DNA of 64,000 nt from an uncultured Gemmatimonadaceae bacterium. GTDB lineage: Bacteria > Gemmatimonadota > Gemmatimonadetes > Gemmatimonadales > Gemmatimonadaceae. Every line of letters starts with the position of its first letter. Position 1 is the stretch's first letter. This document shows, piece after piece, positions 10,226 through 19,886 of this stretch. A program made the translations under genes and the position numbers. A model generated the notes under the pieces. That model was not told the origin of the DNA, searched no databases, and was given only the letters and a program-made list of their open reading frames with translations. The DNA lies in NCBI GenBank assembly GCA_963716745.1, contig OY970320.1, positions 352,001-416,000 on the forward strand. The letters are read 5' to 3'.

Positions 10226-10849
10226 TTGGCGATAGCGAACAAGGACCAGAAGCTGGATGCCCTCCTCTCCGCGGCCGCCCGGGTGTTCGCCGAGCGCGGA
10301 TACCATCAGACGAGCATGCGCGACCTGGCGCGGGCGAGCGGAGTGTCACTGGCGGGCCTCTACTATTATGTGGAGAGCAAGGAGGAACTGCTCTTCCTGA
10401 TCCAGCAGCGCAATTTCGAGCGGGTGATCGCCGGGATGCGCGAGAGCCTCGCCGGGACCACGGACCCGGTTGATCGGCTGATGAAATTCATCGACAATCA
10501 CCTGGATTACTTCGCCTCGCACATGGCGGAGATGAAGGTGCTCTCGCACGAGGCCGGCGCCCTGTCCGGGGAGCCCCTGCACATCGTGAACGAGATGAAG
10601 AGCGAGTACACCCGCGCTCTCATGGACATACTCGCGGGCATCGAGGAAACACATGGCCCGGCGCATGCCAACCGGCGCGTCGCGGCGTATTCGCTGTTCG
10701 GCATGATGAACTGGATCTACAACTGGTACGACCCGCTGGGCGACCTCGGCGTGGAGCTGCTGGCGCAGAACGTGTGCCGGATCTTCTTGGGCGGATATGT
10801 AGGGCTCCCGGTGGCGATCTCGTCTCTGCCCCGCACGTCCGCCGGGTGA
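10226..10849 (+). CDS. TetR family regulator (PaaR/KstR2-like)
   Basis: HTH AAARVFAERGYHQTSMRDLA..GLYYY..SKEELL and C-terminal GMMNWIYNWY; TTG start after GGAGG. Confidence 0.92.
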   Translation: MAIANKDQKLDALLSAAARVFAERGYHQTSMRDLARASGVSLAGLYYYVESKEELLFLIQQRNFERVIAGMRESLAGTTDPVDRLMKFIDNHLDYFASHMAEMKVLSHEAGALSGEPLHIVNEMKSEYTRALMDILAGIEETHGPAHANRRVAAYSLFGMMNWIYNWYDPLGDLGVELLAQNVCRIFLGGYVGLPVAISSLPRTSAG

Positions 10850-10863
10850 GTGGACTCCTCTCA

Positions 10864-10949
10864 ATCTTGTTAATCCTGTCAGATGCTCTTCCCATTCACT
10901 ACGAAAAACTGCTTTGACAGGATTGACATGATGAACAACATGATGGGAA
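10864..10949. repeat. AT-rich intergenic inverted repeats built from degenerate 9-mers
   Basis: ATCTTGTTAATCCTGTCA (10864-81) / TGACAGGATTGACATGAT (10915-32), 16/18 match; TTCCCAT (10889-95) / ATGGGAA (10943-49). Confidence 0.7.
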
Positions 10950-10996
10950 TGGCACTGACTCACGGCTAACGTCTCACTCATTTTCAAGGAAAGACT

Positions 10997-11809
10997 ATGA
11001 CTGCCACCATGAATGAAAAAGCCGCCGCGACGCTCGTCACCTACCGCAAGGAAGGCAATATCGCGGTGTTCGAGCTGAACGATCCGCCGGCGAACACGTA
11101 CACGCACGAGATGATGCGCCAGCTCGATGAGTGCATCATCAAGGCGCGCTTCGACAACGATGTGCAGGTGATCATCCTGCGCGGCGCGGGCGAGAAATTC
11201 TTCTCGGCCGGCGCGAACATCAACATGCTGAACACCGTGGACCCGGTGTTCAAGTACTACTTCTGCCTGCACGCGAACGAGACGCTGAGCCGGCTGGAGC
11301 AGACGCCGAAGCTCGTGATCGCCGCGCTCAACGGCCACTGCGTGGGCGGCGGACTCGAGATCGCAATGGCGGCGGACATCCGCCTCGCGCGGCAGGACGC
11401 TGGCAAGATCGGACTCCCCGAAGTGAACCTCGGCGTGCTCCCGGGCACGGGCGGCACGCAGCGGCTGCTCCGCATCGTGGGCAAGTCGAAGGCGATCGAA
11501 CTGATGGTCACCGGCCGCACGTTCAGCTTCGAGGAAGCGCAAACGATGGGGATCGTGAACGAAGTGTTCCCCAAGGATGAGTTCTGGGAGAGCGTGATGC
11601 TCTACGCCAAGCAGTTCACGCTGCCCGGGAAGGCTGCGATGGCCGTGGGCCACATCAAGCGCGCCGTGCAGAGCGGCGGCGAAGTGCCGCTCGAGTACGG
11701 GCTGGCGATGGAGCGCGAGCTTCAGAGCCTCCTCTTCAAGAGCGGCGATGCGAAGGAAGGCATGGCCGCGTACGTCGAGAAGCGGCAGCCGAACTTCAAG
11801 GGGAAGTGA
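10997..11809 (+). CDS. Enoyl-CoA hydratase/isomerase (candidate ring-opening hydrolase)
   Basis: FSAGAN, GGGLE, PEVNLGVLPGTGGTQRL crotonase motifs. Confidence 0.92.
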   Translation: MTATMNEKAAATLVTYRKEGNIAVFELNDPPANTYTHEMMRQLDECIIKARFDNDVQVIILRGAGEKFFSAGANINMLNTVDPVFKYYFCLHANETLSRLEQTPKLVIAALNGHCVGGGLEIAMAADIRLARQDAGKIGLPEVNLGVLPGTGGTQRLLRIVGKSKAIELMVTGRTFSFEEAQTMGIVNEVFPKDEFWESVMLYAKQFTLPGKAAMAVGHIKRAVQSGGEVPLEYGLAMERELQSLLFKSGDAKEGMAAYVEKRQPNFKGK

Positions 11810-13282
11810 GCGCCGCGGTGACCGCCGCCGCGGAGCGGTTCCCGACGCAGCTAGTGATCGGCGGCGAGCGGGTGGATGCCGCCGGCGGCCGCACGTTCGA
11901 CGTGGAGAACCCGGCCACCGAGGAGATCATCGCGCAGGTGGCCGAGGGCGACGCGGTCCGACGTGGACCGCGCCGTCGCGAGCGCGCGCGCGACCTTCGA
12001 GAGCGACGGCTGGCGCAAGATGAGCGCGCGCCAGCGCGGTGCGGCGGTCTCGAAGCTCGGCGAGTTGATCGCGCAGCATGCCGACGAACTCGCGCGACTC
12101 GAGACGCTGAACAACGGCAAGCCGCTCTTCGAGTCGCACATCGATGTGCGGCTCACGGCCGACACGTTCAAGTATTATGGCGGCTGGGCGGACAAGATCC
12201 ACGGGGAAACGATCCCGGTGGACGGCAACTATCTCAACTACACCCTGCGCGAGCCGCTCGGCGTGATCGGCGCGATCACGCCGTGGAATTTCCCGATGTC
12301 GCTTGCGGCGTGGAAGCTCGCGCCGGCACTCGCATGCGGGAATACGATCGTGCTCAAGCCGGCGACGCAGACGCCGTTCACGGCGATTCGCATGGCGGAA
12401 TTGGCGCTGGAGGCCGGACTGCCCGCGGGCGCGTTCAATTGCGTGCCCGGCCAGGGGAAAGCGGCGGGCATGGCGCTCGTGCGACATCCCGACGTGGACA
12501 AGATCGCGTTCACGGGGAGCACGGAAGTCGGCAAGATGGTGATGCGCGAGGCCGCGAGCACCGTGAAGAAGTTGTCGCTCGAGCTGGGCGGCAAGTCGCC
12601 CGAATATCGTCTATGCCGATGCCGACCTCGACGCCGCGGCGCGCGGTGCGCTCACCGGCATCTTCTACGGCAAGGGCGAAGTGTGCGCCGCCGGTTCGCG
12701 GCTGCTCGTGGAGGACACGATCCGCGAGGAACTCACGGCCAAGATCCTGCGAGCGCGCCAAGAAGATGGTCGCGGGCGATCCGCTCAATCCCAAGACGCG
12801 CCTGGGCGCGATCGTCTCGCGCGCCGCAGATGGAAAGCGTGCTCGGCTACATCAAGAAGGGCCGCGACGAGGGCGCGCAGTTGCTCTCGGGCGGCGAACG
12901 CACGCCAGTGAACGGCAAGGGCTACTTCGTTCAGCCGACGATCTTCGGCGGCGTGGAATCGAAGATGACCATCGCGCGCGAGGAGATCTTCGGCCCGGTG
13001 CTGGCGATGATGCAGTTCAGCGGCGGCTTCGACGGCGCGACCGCGCTCGCGAACGACACGATCTACGGTCTCGCCGCCGGCATCTGGACGCGCGACGTGG
13101 GCAAGGCGCTCCGCACCGCGCGCGCCGTGCGCGCGGGCACGGTGTGGGTGAACACCTACAACATCTACGACGCCGCGTCGCCGTTCGGCGGCTACAAGCA
13201 GAGCGGCTTCGGGCGCGAACTCGGCATGTACGCGATCGACGGCTACACGCAGATCAAGTCGGTGTGGGTGGATCTCTCGTGA
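11806..13282 (+). CDS. NAD(P)-dependent aldehyde dehydrogenase (several frameshifts)
   Basis: PWNFP, FTGSTEVG, LELGGKS, GEVCAAGSR, EEIFGPV, PFGGYKQSGFGRE distributed over frames. Confidence 0.92.
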
Positions 13283-14491
13283 ATTCACGCGACGCCGTGA
13301 TCGTTGACGCGGTGCGGACGCCGGTCGGCCGCCATGGCGGCGCGCTGGCCCGCGTGCGCGCCGACGATCTCGCGGCCGTCGCGATCGCCGGACTCGTGGA
13401 ACGCACGAAGCTCGATCTGAAGTCGATCGACGATGTGATCTTCGGTTGCGCGAACCAAGCTGGCGAGGACAACCGCAACGTCGCGCGCATGTCATCGCTG
13501 CTCGCGGGATTGCCCGTGGAGGTGCCGGGGCAGACGGTGAACCGCCTCTGCGGCTCCGGTCTGCAGGCGATCGCGAGCGCGTCGCACGCGATCCGCGCGG
13601 GTGAAGGCGACGTATTCATCGCCGGCGGCGTGGAGAGCATGTCGCGCGCGCCGTGGGCGACGCTCAAGCCCGACGAGGCGTTCACGCGGAACGCTCAAGA
13701 GTCCGCGGACACCACCGTCGGCTGGCGATTCGTGAATCCGAAGATGCCGGCGGAGTGGACGATCTCTTTGGGCCAGACCGCCGAGGAGGTCGCGAAGCGA
13801 TGTAAGGTATCGCGCGAAGACCAGGACAAGTTCGCGCTCGAGAGCCAGCAGCGGGCGGCGAGCGCGATCGCGGCCGGCAGATTCGCCGGCGAGATCGTGC
13901 CGGTGCGCGTGCCCGGCAAGAAGGGCGCGGACGACGGTCGTGGACAAGGATGAGCACCCCCGCCCCGAGACGACGCTCGCCTCGCTCGCGGCGATGAAGC
14001 CGGCGTTCGTCAAGACCGGCGGCACGGTGACGGCCGGTACATCGAGCGGCATCAACGATGGAGCGAGCGCGGTGCTCGTGATGTCGGCGGATGGCGCCAA
14101 GCGCGCGGGAAAGACCGCTATGGCGCGCATCGTCGCGACCGCGGTGGCGGGCGTCTCACCCGAGGTCATGGGGCTGGGCCCGATCCCCGCGATCCGGAAG
14201 GCGCTCGAACGAGCCGGGCTCGCGCTCAAGGACATCGACCTCATCGAACTCAACGAGGCGTTCGCGTCGCAGGCGCTCGCGTGCATGCGCGAGCTGGACA
14301 TGGACGCGGCACGCGTGAACGTGAACGGCGGCGCGATCGCGCTCGGTCATCCACTGGGCGCGTCGGGCGCCCGGATGATCACGGCGCTCGCGCACGAGAT
14401 GCGCCGCCGCAAGGTGCGCTACGGCCTCGCGTCAATGTGCATCGGCGTCGGGCAAGGGATCGCGATGATCATCGAGCGGGTGGACGCGTGA
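13279..14491 (+). CDS. 3-oxoadipyl-CoA-type thiolase (PaaJ/PcaF-like); frameshift near 13935
   Basis: [43 protein letters not shown]. Confidence 0.93.
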
Positions 14492-15283
14492 AGTACGAGA
14501 ACATTTTGCTCGCGCGCGAGGCGGGTGTGGGCACGCTCACGCTCAACCGGCCGGACAAGCTCAATGCGTTCGCGGGCGAGATGCGGCGCGAGCTCGGCGA
14601 CGCGCTCGAGGAACTCGAGGCGGACAAGACGGTGCGCGTGATCGTGATCACCGGCGCGGGGCGCGGATTCTGCGCCGGCGCCGATGTGGGTTACATGGCC
14701 GAGCTGATCGCGACGAAGGATATCGTGGCGATGGGTGCGCTCATCGAAGCGGGGCGCCGCGTGGTCGGGCATCATCCGGAAGTCCGCGAAGCCGGTGATC
14801 GCGTCGGTGAATGGCGTGGCCGCAGGCGGCGGCGCGAATCTCGCGCTCGCGTGCGACCTGCGCATTGCGAGCCGCGACGCCAAGCTCGGGCAGACCTTCA
14901 ATCGCATCGGCCTGCACCCCGACTGGGGCGGCACGTATTTCCTGCCCCGCCTCGTGGGGCCGGCCAAGGCGCTCGAACTCTTCTGGCTCGCCGACGTGAT
15001 CGACGCCGATGAGTGCCTGCGCCTGGGACTGTTCAATCGCGTGGTCGCGGCCGACGCGCTGGCCGCCGAGACCAGCACGCTCGCGCGCGCCCTCGCCGCC
15101 AAACCCGCGATGGCGATCGCGATGGCCAAACGCGCGGTGTACGAATCGCTCTCCAAGACATTGCCCGAAATGCTCGACTACGAACTTGACGCGCAGATCC
15201 GCTGCTTCCAGAGCGGCGACGCGCGCGAAGGGATCACGGCGTTCACCGAGAAACGCGCCCCGAAATTCTCCACCGCCACCTGA
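14488..15283 (+). CDS. PaaG-like enoyl-CoA isomerase; frameshift near 14770
   Basis: [36 protein letters not shown] (Asp as in PaaG, lacking both canonical crotonase Glu). Confidence 0.85.
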
Positions 15284-15294
15284 CGGAGCGGCAT

Positions 15295-16410
15295 ATGGCA
15301 CTCACGAAGATCACGAACTTCGACGACTGGATCGACCTGTTCAAAGTGTGGCAGGACGACATCGGCGTGGACGCGTCGGAGCTGAAGGACTACAAGTTCG
15401 ACGTGAAGCTCGCCGACCTCGACATCCCCGAGATCGAATTCGGCCACTACGCCGGCGGCACGAAGTGGAAGACGGTGATGCACATTCCCGACCAGCGCAT
15501 CCGCGATGCGCTGCAGACACTCATCATCTTCCAGGGCGACACGGAATTCGCGAGCGTGGAACAGCAGCGCGCGCTGCTCCAGAACGCGCCGAGCGACTAC
15601 GACCTCATGTCCATCTACCGCGTGATGGCGGAAGAGATGCGGCACGGCTGGCAGATGTCGTATCTGCTCGTCACGCATTTCGGCGACGAGGGGAAGCGCG
15701 AAGCCGAGAAGCTGCTTTCGCGCCGCGCCGACGAGCACGAGCGGCTCCTCGGCTCGTTCAACGAAGCGGTGGAGAACTGGCTCGATTTCTTTGCCTACAC
15801 GGAGTTCATCGACCGCGACGGGAAGTACCAGCTGCAGATGATGTCCACGTCGGCCTTCGCGCCGCTCGCGCGCTCAATGAAGCCGATGCTCAAGGAGGAA
15901 TCGTTCCACCTCGGCACCGGGAACAATGGCTTGCTGCGGATCATCAAAGCGGGCAAGATCCCCACACCCGTGATGCAGCGCTATTTCAACAAGTGGGTAT
16001 CCACGGCGTTCGATCTCTTCGGCACCGACCGCTCGAGCTCGGCGCAGTGGGCGTACACGTGGGGCTTGAAGGGCCGTTTCGACGAGCGCACGAATCCGCA
16101 GCCGGCCGACGCCGCGCGGCTCAACGAAGCGGCGCGCGAGCTCTACCGGCAGGAAGTCCAGGGCTTGATCGACCGGTTGAATACCTACGTCGGAGAGGAC
16201 GAGCAGAAGCTCATGATCCCGAACGTGAAGTTCAACCGGCGCATCGGCGAGTACAAGAAGATGCACTTCGACGTGCACGGCGAACCGATCTCGTCAGTGG
16301 GATACGAGGCCTACGTGGCGTCGGTGCTGCCCACCGCCGAGGATCGCGAATTGCTGCGCAACATCTTCAAGGAAAACGACTGGATCCAGCCCAAGAAGAG
16401 TGACGACTAG
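15295..16410 (+). CDS. BoxB-type aryl-CoA epoxidase, diiron ferritin-like subunit (short form)
   Basis: QGDTEFASVEQQR..APSDYD..EEMRH..DRDGKYQL..FAPLAR..EESFH matches the BoxB pattern QGDTEPASVEQQR..EEGRH..DRDGKFQL..EEAHH. Confidence 0.85.
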   Translation: MALTKITNFDDWIDLFKVWQDDIGVDASELKDYKFDVKLADLDIPEIEFGHYAGGTKWKTVMHIPDQRIRDALQTLIIFQGDTEFASVEQQRALLQNAPSDYDLMSIYRVMAEEMRHGWQMSYLLVTHFGDEGKREAEKLLSRRADEHERLLGSFNEAVENWLDFFAYTEFIDRDGKYQLQMMSTSAFAPLARSMKPMLKEESFHLGTGNNGLLRIIKAGKIPTPVMQRYFNKWVSTAFDLFGTDRSSSAQWAYTWGLKGRFDERTNPQPADAARLNEAARELYRQEVQGLIDRLNTYVGEDEQKLMIPNVKFNRRIGEYKKMHFDVHGEPISSVGYEAYVASVLPTAEDRELLRNIFKENDWIQPKKSDD

Positions 16411-17113
16411 CTTCGAGCGCCCACGGCTCATCGCACATCGCGGGATCGCCCGCGAGCGGCCGGAGAACACCCTGCCGGCGTTCTTGCGCGCGCTCGAACT
16501 CGGCGCCGACGGGATCGAGCTCGATGTGCATTGCACCAAGGATCAGGTGGTCGTAGTGCACCACGATGACGTCCCCAGGGCGAAGTCGCCGAACCGCGCA
16601 CTCGCGGGGAAGCGCATCGACGCGCTCACATTCGATGAACTCGAGGGCTTCTCCGTAGAGGGCCAAGCGCTCATCCCGACGCTCGCCGAGGTACTTGGCG
16701 CGCTGCGCGGCCGTCTCGACGTGTTCGTGGAACTCAAGGCCGCCGGCATCGAAGGACCGGTGCTCGACGTGATCCACGACTCGCCCGCCCCGGCACGCTG
16801 CGCGGTGCACAGCTTCGACCATGAAGCGATCCGCCGCTGCCGGTCGGTGGCGCCGACCGTGCGCGGCGGCATCTTGTTCGACAAGCCGCCGGGCGATGTC
16901 GTGGCGGCAATGCGTCACGCCAATGCGCGCAATGTATGGCCGCGCGAGGATCTCATCAATGCCGCGCTGGTGGGCGCGGTGCACGGCGCCGGCGGGCGCG
17001 TGCTCGCGTGGACCGTGAACAAGCCGGAGCGCGCGCGAACGCTCGCGGAGCTGGGCGTGGACGCGCTGTGCACCGACACGCTCGTGGAGCTGCGGCAGGC
17101 GCTGGGCGAATGA
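16400..17113 (+). CDS. Glycerophosphodiester phosphodiesterase family protein
   Basis: IAHRG..PENT..AF, IELDV, VHHD, VELK, WTVN, GVD..CTD. Confidence 0.93.
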   Translation: MTTSFERPRLIAHRGIARERPENTLPAFLRALELGADGIELDVHCTKDQVVVVHHDDVPRAKSPNRALAGKRIDALTFDELEGFSVEGQALIPTLAEVLGALRGRLDVFVELKAAGIEGPVLDVIHDSPAPARCAVHSFDHEAIRRCRSVAPTVRGGILFDKPPGDVVAAMRHANARNVWPREDLINAALVGAVHGAGGRVLAWTVNKPERARTLAELGVDALCTDTLVELRQALGE

Positions 17114-17973
17114 CGGAACCAAGGCGCGTCGCGGTGATCGGCGCCGGAACAATGGGACACGGCATCGCGTACGTTGCGGCGCTCAGCGGGTACCGCGTGC
17201 GGCTCACCGACGCGGACCCGGCGCAGATCGTGCGCGGCATGGATGCGATCGCGGCGGCGTTCGAGAAGGCGATCGGACGCGGGAAGGTGACCGCCGAGCA
17301 GCGCGATGCCGCGATCGCAAATCTCACTGCAGTGACGAGCGTCCCGGATGCCGTTCGCGATGCCGTTCTCGTGATCGAGGCGATCCCCGAACGGATCGAG
17401 CTCAAGCAAGCGCTCTTCGGACAGATCGAGCCGCTGGTCTCGGACGGAACGCTGCTGGCCAGCAATACGAGTTCGCTGTCGATCGATGAGATCGGCGAGG
17501 GGCTCCAGCATCGCGAGCGCGTGATCGGGCTGCACTTCTTCAATCCCGTGCCGGTGATGCAACTGCTCGAGATCGTGCGCGGCCCACAGACGAGCAGTGC
17601 GGCGGTCCTCTTCGCGTCTCTATTCGCCGCGCGCATCGGCAAGTCGCCGATCGTCGTGCGCGACACACCAGGATTCGCGACGAGCCGCCTCGGCGTCGTG
17701 CTCGGCCTTGAGGCGATCCGGATGCTCGAGCAGGGCGTCGCGAGCGCGGAGGACATCGACCGGGCGATGGAGCTTGGCTACAACCATCCGCTCGGCCCGC
17801 TCCGTCTCACCGACCTCGTCGGACTCGATGTACGGCTCGCGATCGCCGATCATCTGCATGCGACGCTCGGGGGCGCGACCTACGCGGCCCCGGAACTGCT
17901 CCGCCAGAAAGTGCGCGAAGGAAAATTGGGAAAGAAATCGGGCGAAGGCTTCTACCGCTGGGAGAATGGATGA
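17110..17973 (+). CDS. 3-hydroxyacyl-CoA dehydrogenase (PaaH-like)
   Basis: GAGTMGHGIA, EAIPE, SNTSS, HFFNPVP.M.LLE, GKLGKKSGEGFY. Confidence 0.94.
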   Translation: MTEPRRVAVIGAGTMGHGIAYVAALSGYRVRLTDADPAQIVRGMDAIAAAFEKAIGRGKVTAEQRDAAIANLTAVTSVPDAVRDAVLVIEAIPERIELKQALFGQIEPLVSDGTLLASNTSSLSIDEIGEGLQHRERVIGLHFFNPVPVMQLLEIVRGPQTSSAAVLFASLFAARIGKSPIVVRDTPGFATSRLGVVLGLEAIRMLEQGVASAEDIDRAMELGYNHPLGPLRLTDLVGLDVRLAIADHLHATLGGATYAAPELLRQKVREGKLGKKSGEGFYRWENG

Positions 17974-18752
17974 TGAGCGACGACGTCGTGCTCTACGAAG
18001 TGCGCGGCCGCGTGGCCGTGGTCACCGTGAACCGGCCGGACAAGCGCAACGCCCTCAGCCAAGCCGTGCGAAGCGGGATCATCGCCGCATTCGAGCGGGC
18101 GCGCGACGATCAGGCGGTACGCGCGATCGTCATGACCGGCGCAGGCGACAAGGCCTTCATCGCGGGCGCGGACATCGGCGAGTTCGAGGGCCGCTCGCCG
18201 GTGGACCAGTGGCGATCGATGTCGGCCGCGCCGGTGTTCGACGCCGCGGAGAAGCTCCCCAAGCCGATCATCGCCGCGATCAATGGATTCTGTCTGGGCG
18301 GCGGGATGGAGATGGCGCTCTCGTGTGACATCCGGATCGCGTCCAGCGCCGCGAAGTTCGGCCAGCCCGAAGTGAATCTCGGGATCATCCCCGGTGGCGG
18401 CGGCACGCAGCGGCTGCCGCGCGTGGCGGGCGTGGGCGCGGCGCTGCGGCTCATCCTCACGGGTGACATGATCGACGCGGCTGAGGCATTGCGGTTGGGC
18501 ATCATCTCGGAAGTGACGGAGCCGGCGCAGCTCATGCCTCGCGCGATGGCGATCGCGGAGACGATCGCATCGAAGAGTCCGGTGGCGGTGGCGGCGGCAA
18601 AAGAAGCGACGCGGGCGGCGTTGAGTCTGCCGCTGGAAGATGGGCTGAGGGCGGAGCGGGCGCTCTTTGCGATCTGCTTCTCGAGTGAGGATAAGGTGGA
18701 GGGCGTGAGGGCGTTCCTCGAAAAGCGGCCCGCTGAGTTCAAGGGGCGCTAG
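17970..18752 (+). CDS. Enoyl-CoA hydratase (PaaF/crotonase-like)
   Basis: AFIAGADI, GGGME, QPEVNLGIIPGGGGTQRL. Confidence 0.93.
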   Translation: MMSDDVVLYEVRGRVAVVTVNRPDKRNALSQAVRSGIIAAFERARDDQAVRAIVMTGAGDKAFIAGADIGEFEGRSPVDQWRSMSAAPVFDAAEKLPKPIIAAINGFCLGGGMEMALSCDIRIASSAAKFGQPEVNLGIIPGGGGTQRLPRVAGVGAALRLILTGDMIDAAEALRLGIISEVTEPAQLMPRAMAIAETIASKSPVAVAAAKEATRAALSLPLEDGLRAERALFAICFSSEDKVEGVRAFLEKRPAEFKGR

Positions 18753-18865
18753 TGGTACCGCTAAAGGCGGGACTGGTACCGCTGGCGGCGGGATTGGCGT
18801 TGGGGAACGGACCCGCGGAGGCTGAGCTCCAACGCCAATCCCGCCGTCAGCGGTGCCAGTCCCGC
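18753..18865. repeat. 39-bp inverted repeat with internal 21-bp-period direct repeat (REP/REPIN-like hairpin)
   Basis: Arms 18767-18805 and 18827-18865 match 36/39; direct repeat TGGTACCGCTnnnGGCGGGA at 18753 and 18774. Confidence 0.85.
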
Positions 18866-18881
18866 ATTTCTGAGACGACGA

Positions 18882-19754
18882 ATGATTGACTCGTCACAAT
18901 ATCGGATTACCGACTTTCATATTCACGTCCAGCCCCTCCGTCAACTCAAGCCGGCGGTGATGGACGTGATGCGCCGCGGCAAGGAGCAGTATTTCGACTC
19001 CGTCATGGCGATGATGGACGATCCGAAGCTCCTGCTGCGCGTCATGGATGAACAGGGGATCCAGCGCGTCGGCATGGTGAATTATCCGAGCCCGAACATC
19101 ATGGGCTTCGATGACAGCACCAATGATTTTGCGGCGAAGTACGCCGCCGCGGACCCCAAGCGCCTGCTGCCGTATGGCGGCGTCGATCCGGTGACCACGC
19201 CCGATAAGAAGAAGGCGGCCGCGAAGGTCGAGGATCTCTTGAGCTTTGGCACGCGGGTGCTCAAGCTGCATCCGCCCCACCAGAATTTCGCGGCGAACGA
19301 TTACACCCGCGGACTGGACTCGCTGGCCGCGATCTACCGGACGTGCGAGGCGCGTGGCTTGCCCGTGCTGATCCACACGGGCACGAGCATCTTCCCCGGC
19401 GCCCGCAGCAAGTACGGCAATCCAATGGAGCTGGACGACGTCGCGATCGACTTCCCCGCCTTGCAACTGATCATGGCCCATGGCGGACGGCCGCTCTACA
19501 TGGAAGAAGCGTTCTTCATCCTGCGCCGGCACCGGAACATGATGCTCGATCTGTCCGGCATCCCGCCGCGCGCGCTGCTGGAATACTTCCCGCGCATTGC
19601 GGAGCTCGAGCGCCAATTACTCTGGGGCACGGATTGGCCCAGTCCCGGCGTGGAGAGCATGCGCAAGAACGTCGATCAGTTCCTCGCGCTTCCCTTGGCC
19701 GACAGCGTGAAGCGCGCCGCGCTCGAGACGAATCCCGAGCGCTTGCTCCCCTAG
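18882..19754 (+). CDS. Amidohydrolase family 2 protein
   Basis: DFHIH, KLHP, IHTG, MAHGG.P, WGTDWP. Confidence 0.9.
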   Translation: MIDSSQYRITDFHIHVQPLRQLKPAVMDVMRRGKEQYFDSVMAMMDDPKLLLRVMDEQGIQRVGMVNYPSPNIMGFDDSTNDFAAKYAAADPKRLLPYGGVDPVTTPDKKKAAAKVEDLLSFGTRVLKLHPPHQNFAANDYTRGLDSLAAIYRTCEARGLPVLIHTGTSIFPGARSKYGNPMELDDVAIDFPALQLIMAHGGRPLYMEEAFFILRRHRNMMLDLSGIPPRALLEYFPRIAELERQLLWGTDWPSPGVESMRKNVDQFLALPLADSVKRAALETNPERLLP

Positions 19755-19886
19755 ACGATAGCGCCGCAACGCTCGCGCACCCTCGTGCGTAGCGCGCGCG
19801 GCGACCGTTGCGTACTAGCGACGCGCGGTGCCCGCCCGTAATTTCGCTGTCTCCCAGGGGTTCTCTTTCAGGAGGTAGGTAAAGCG

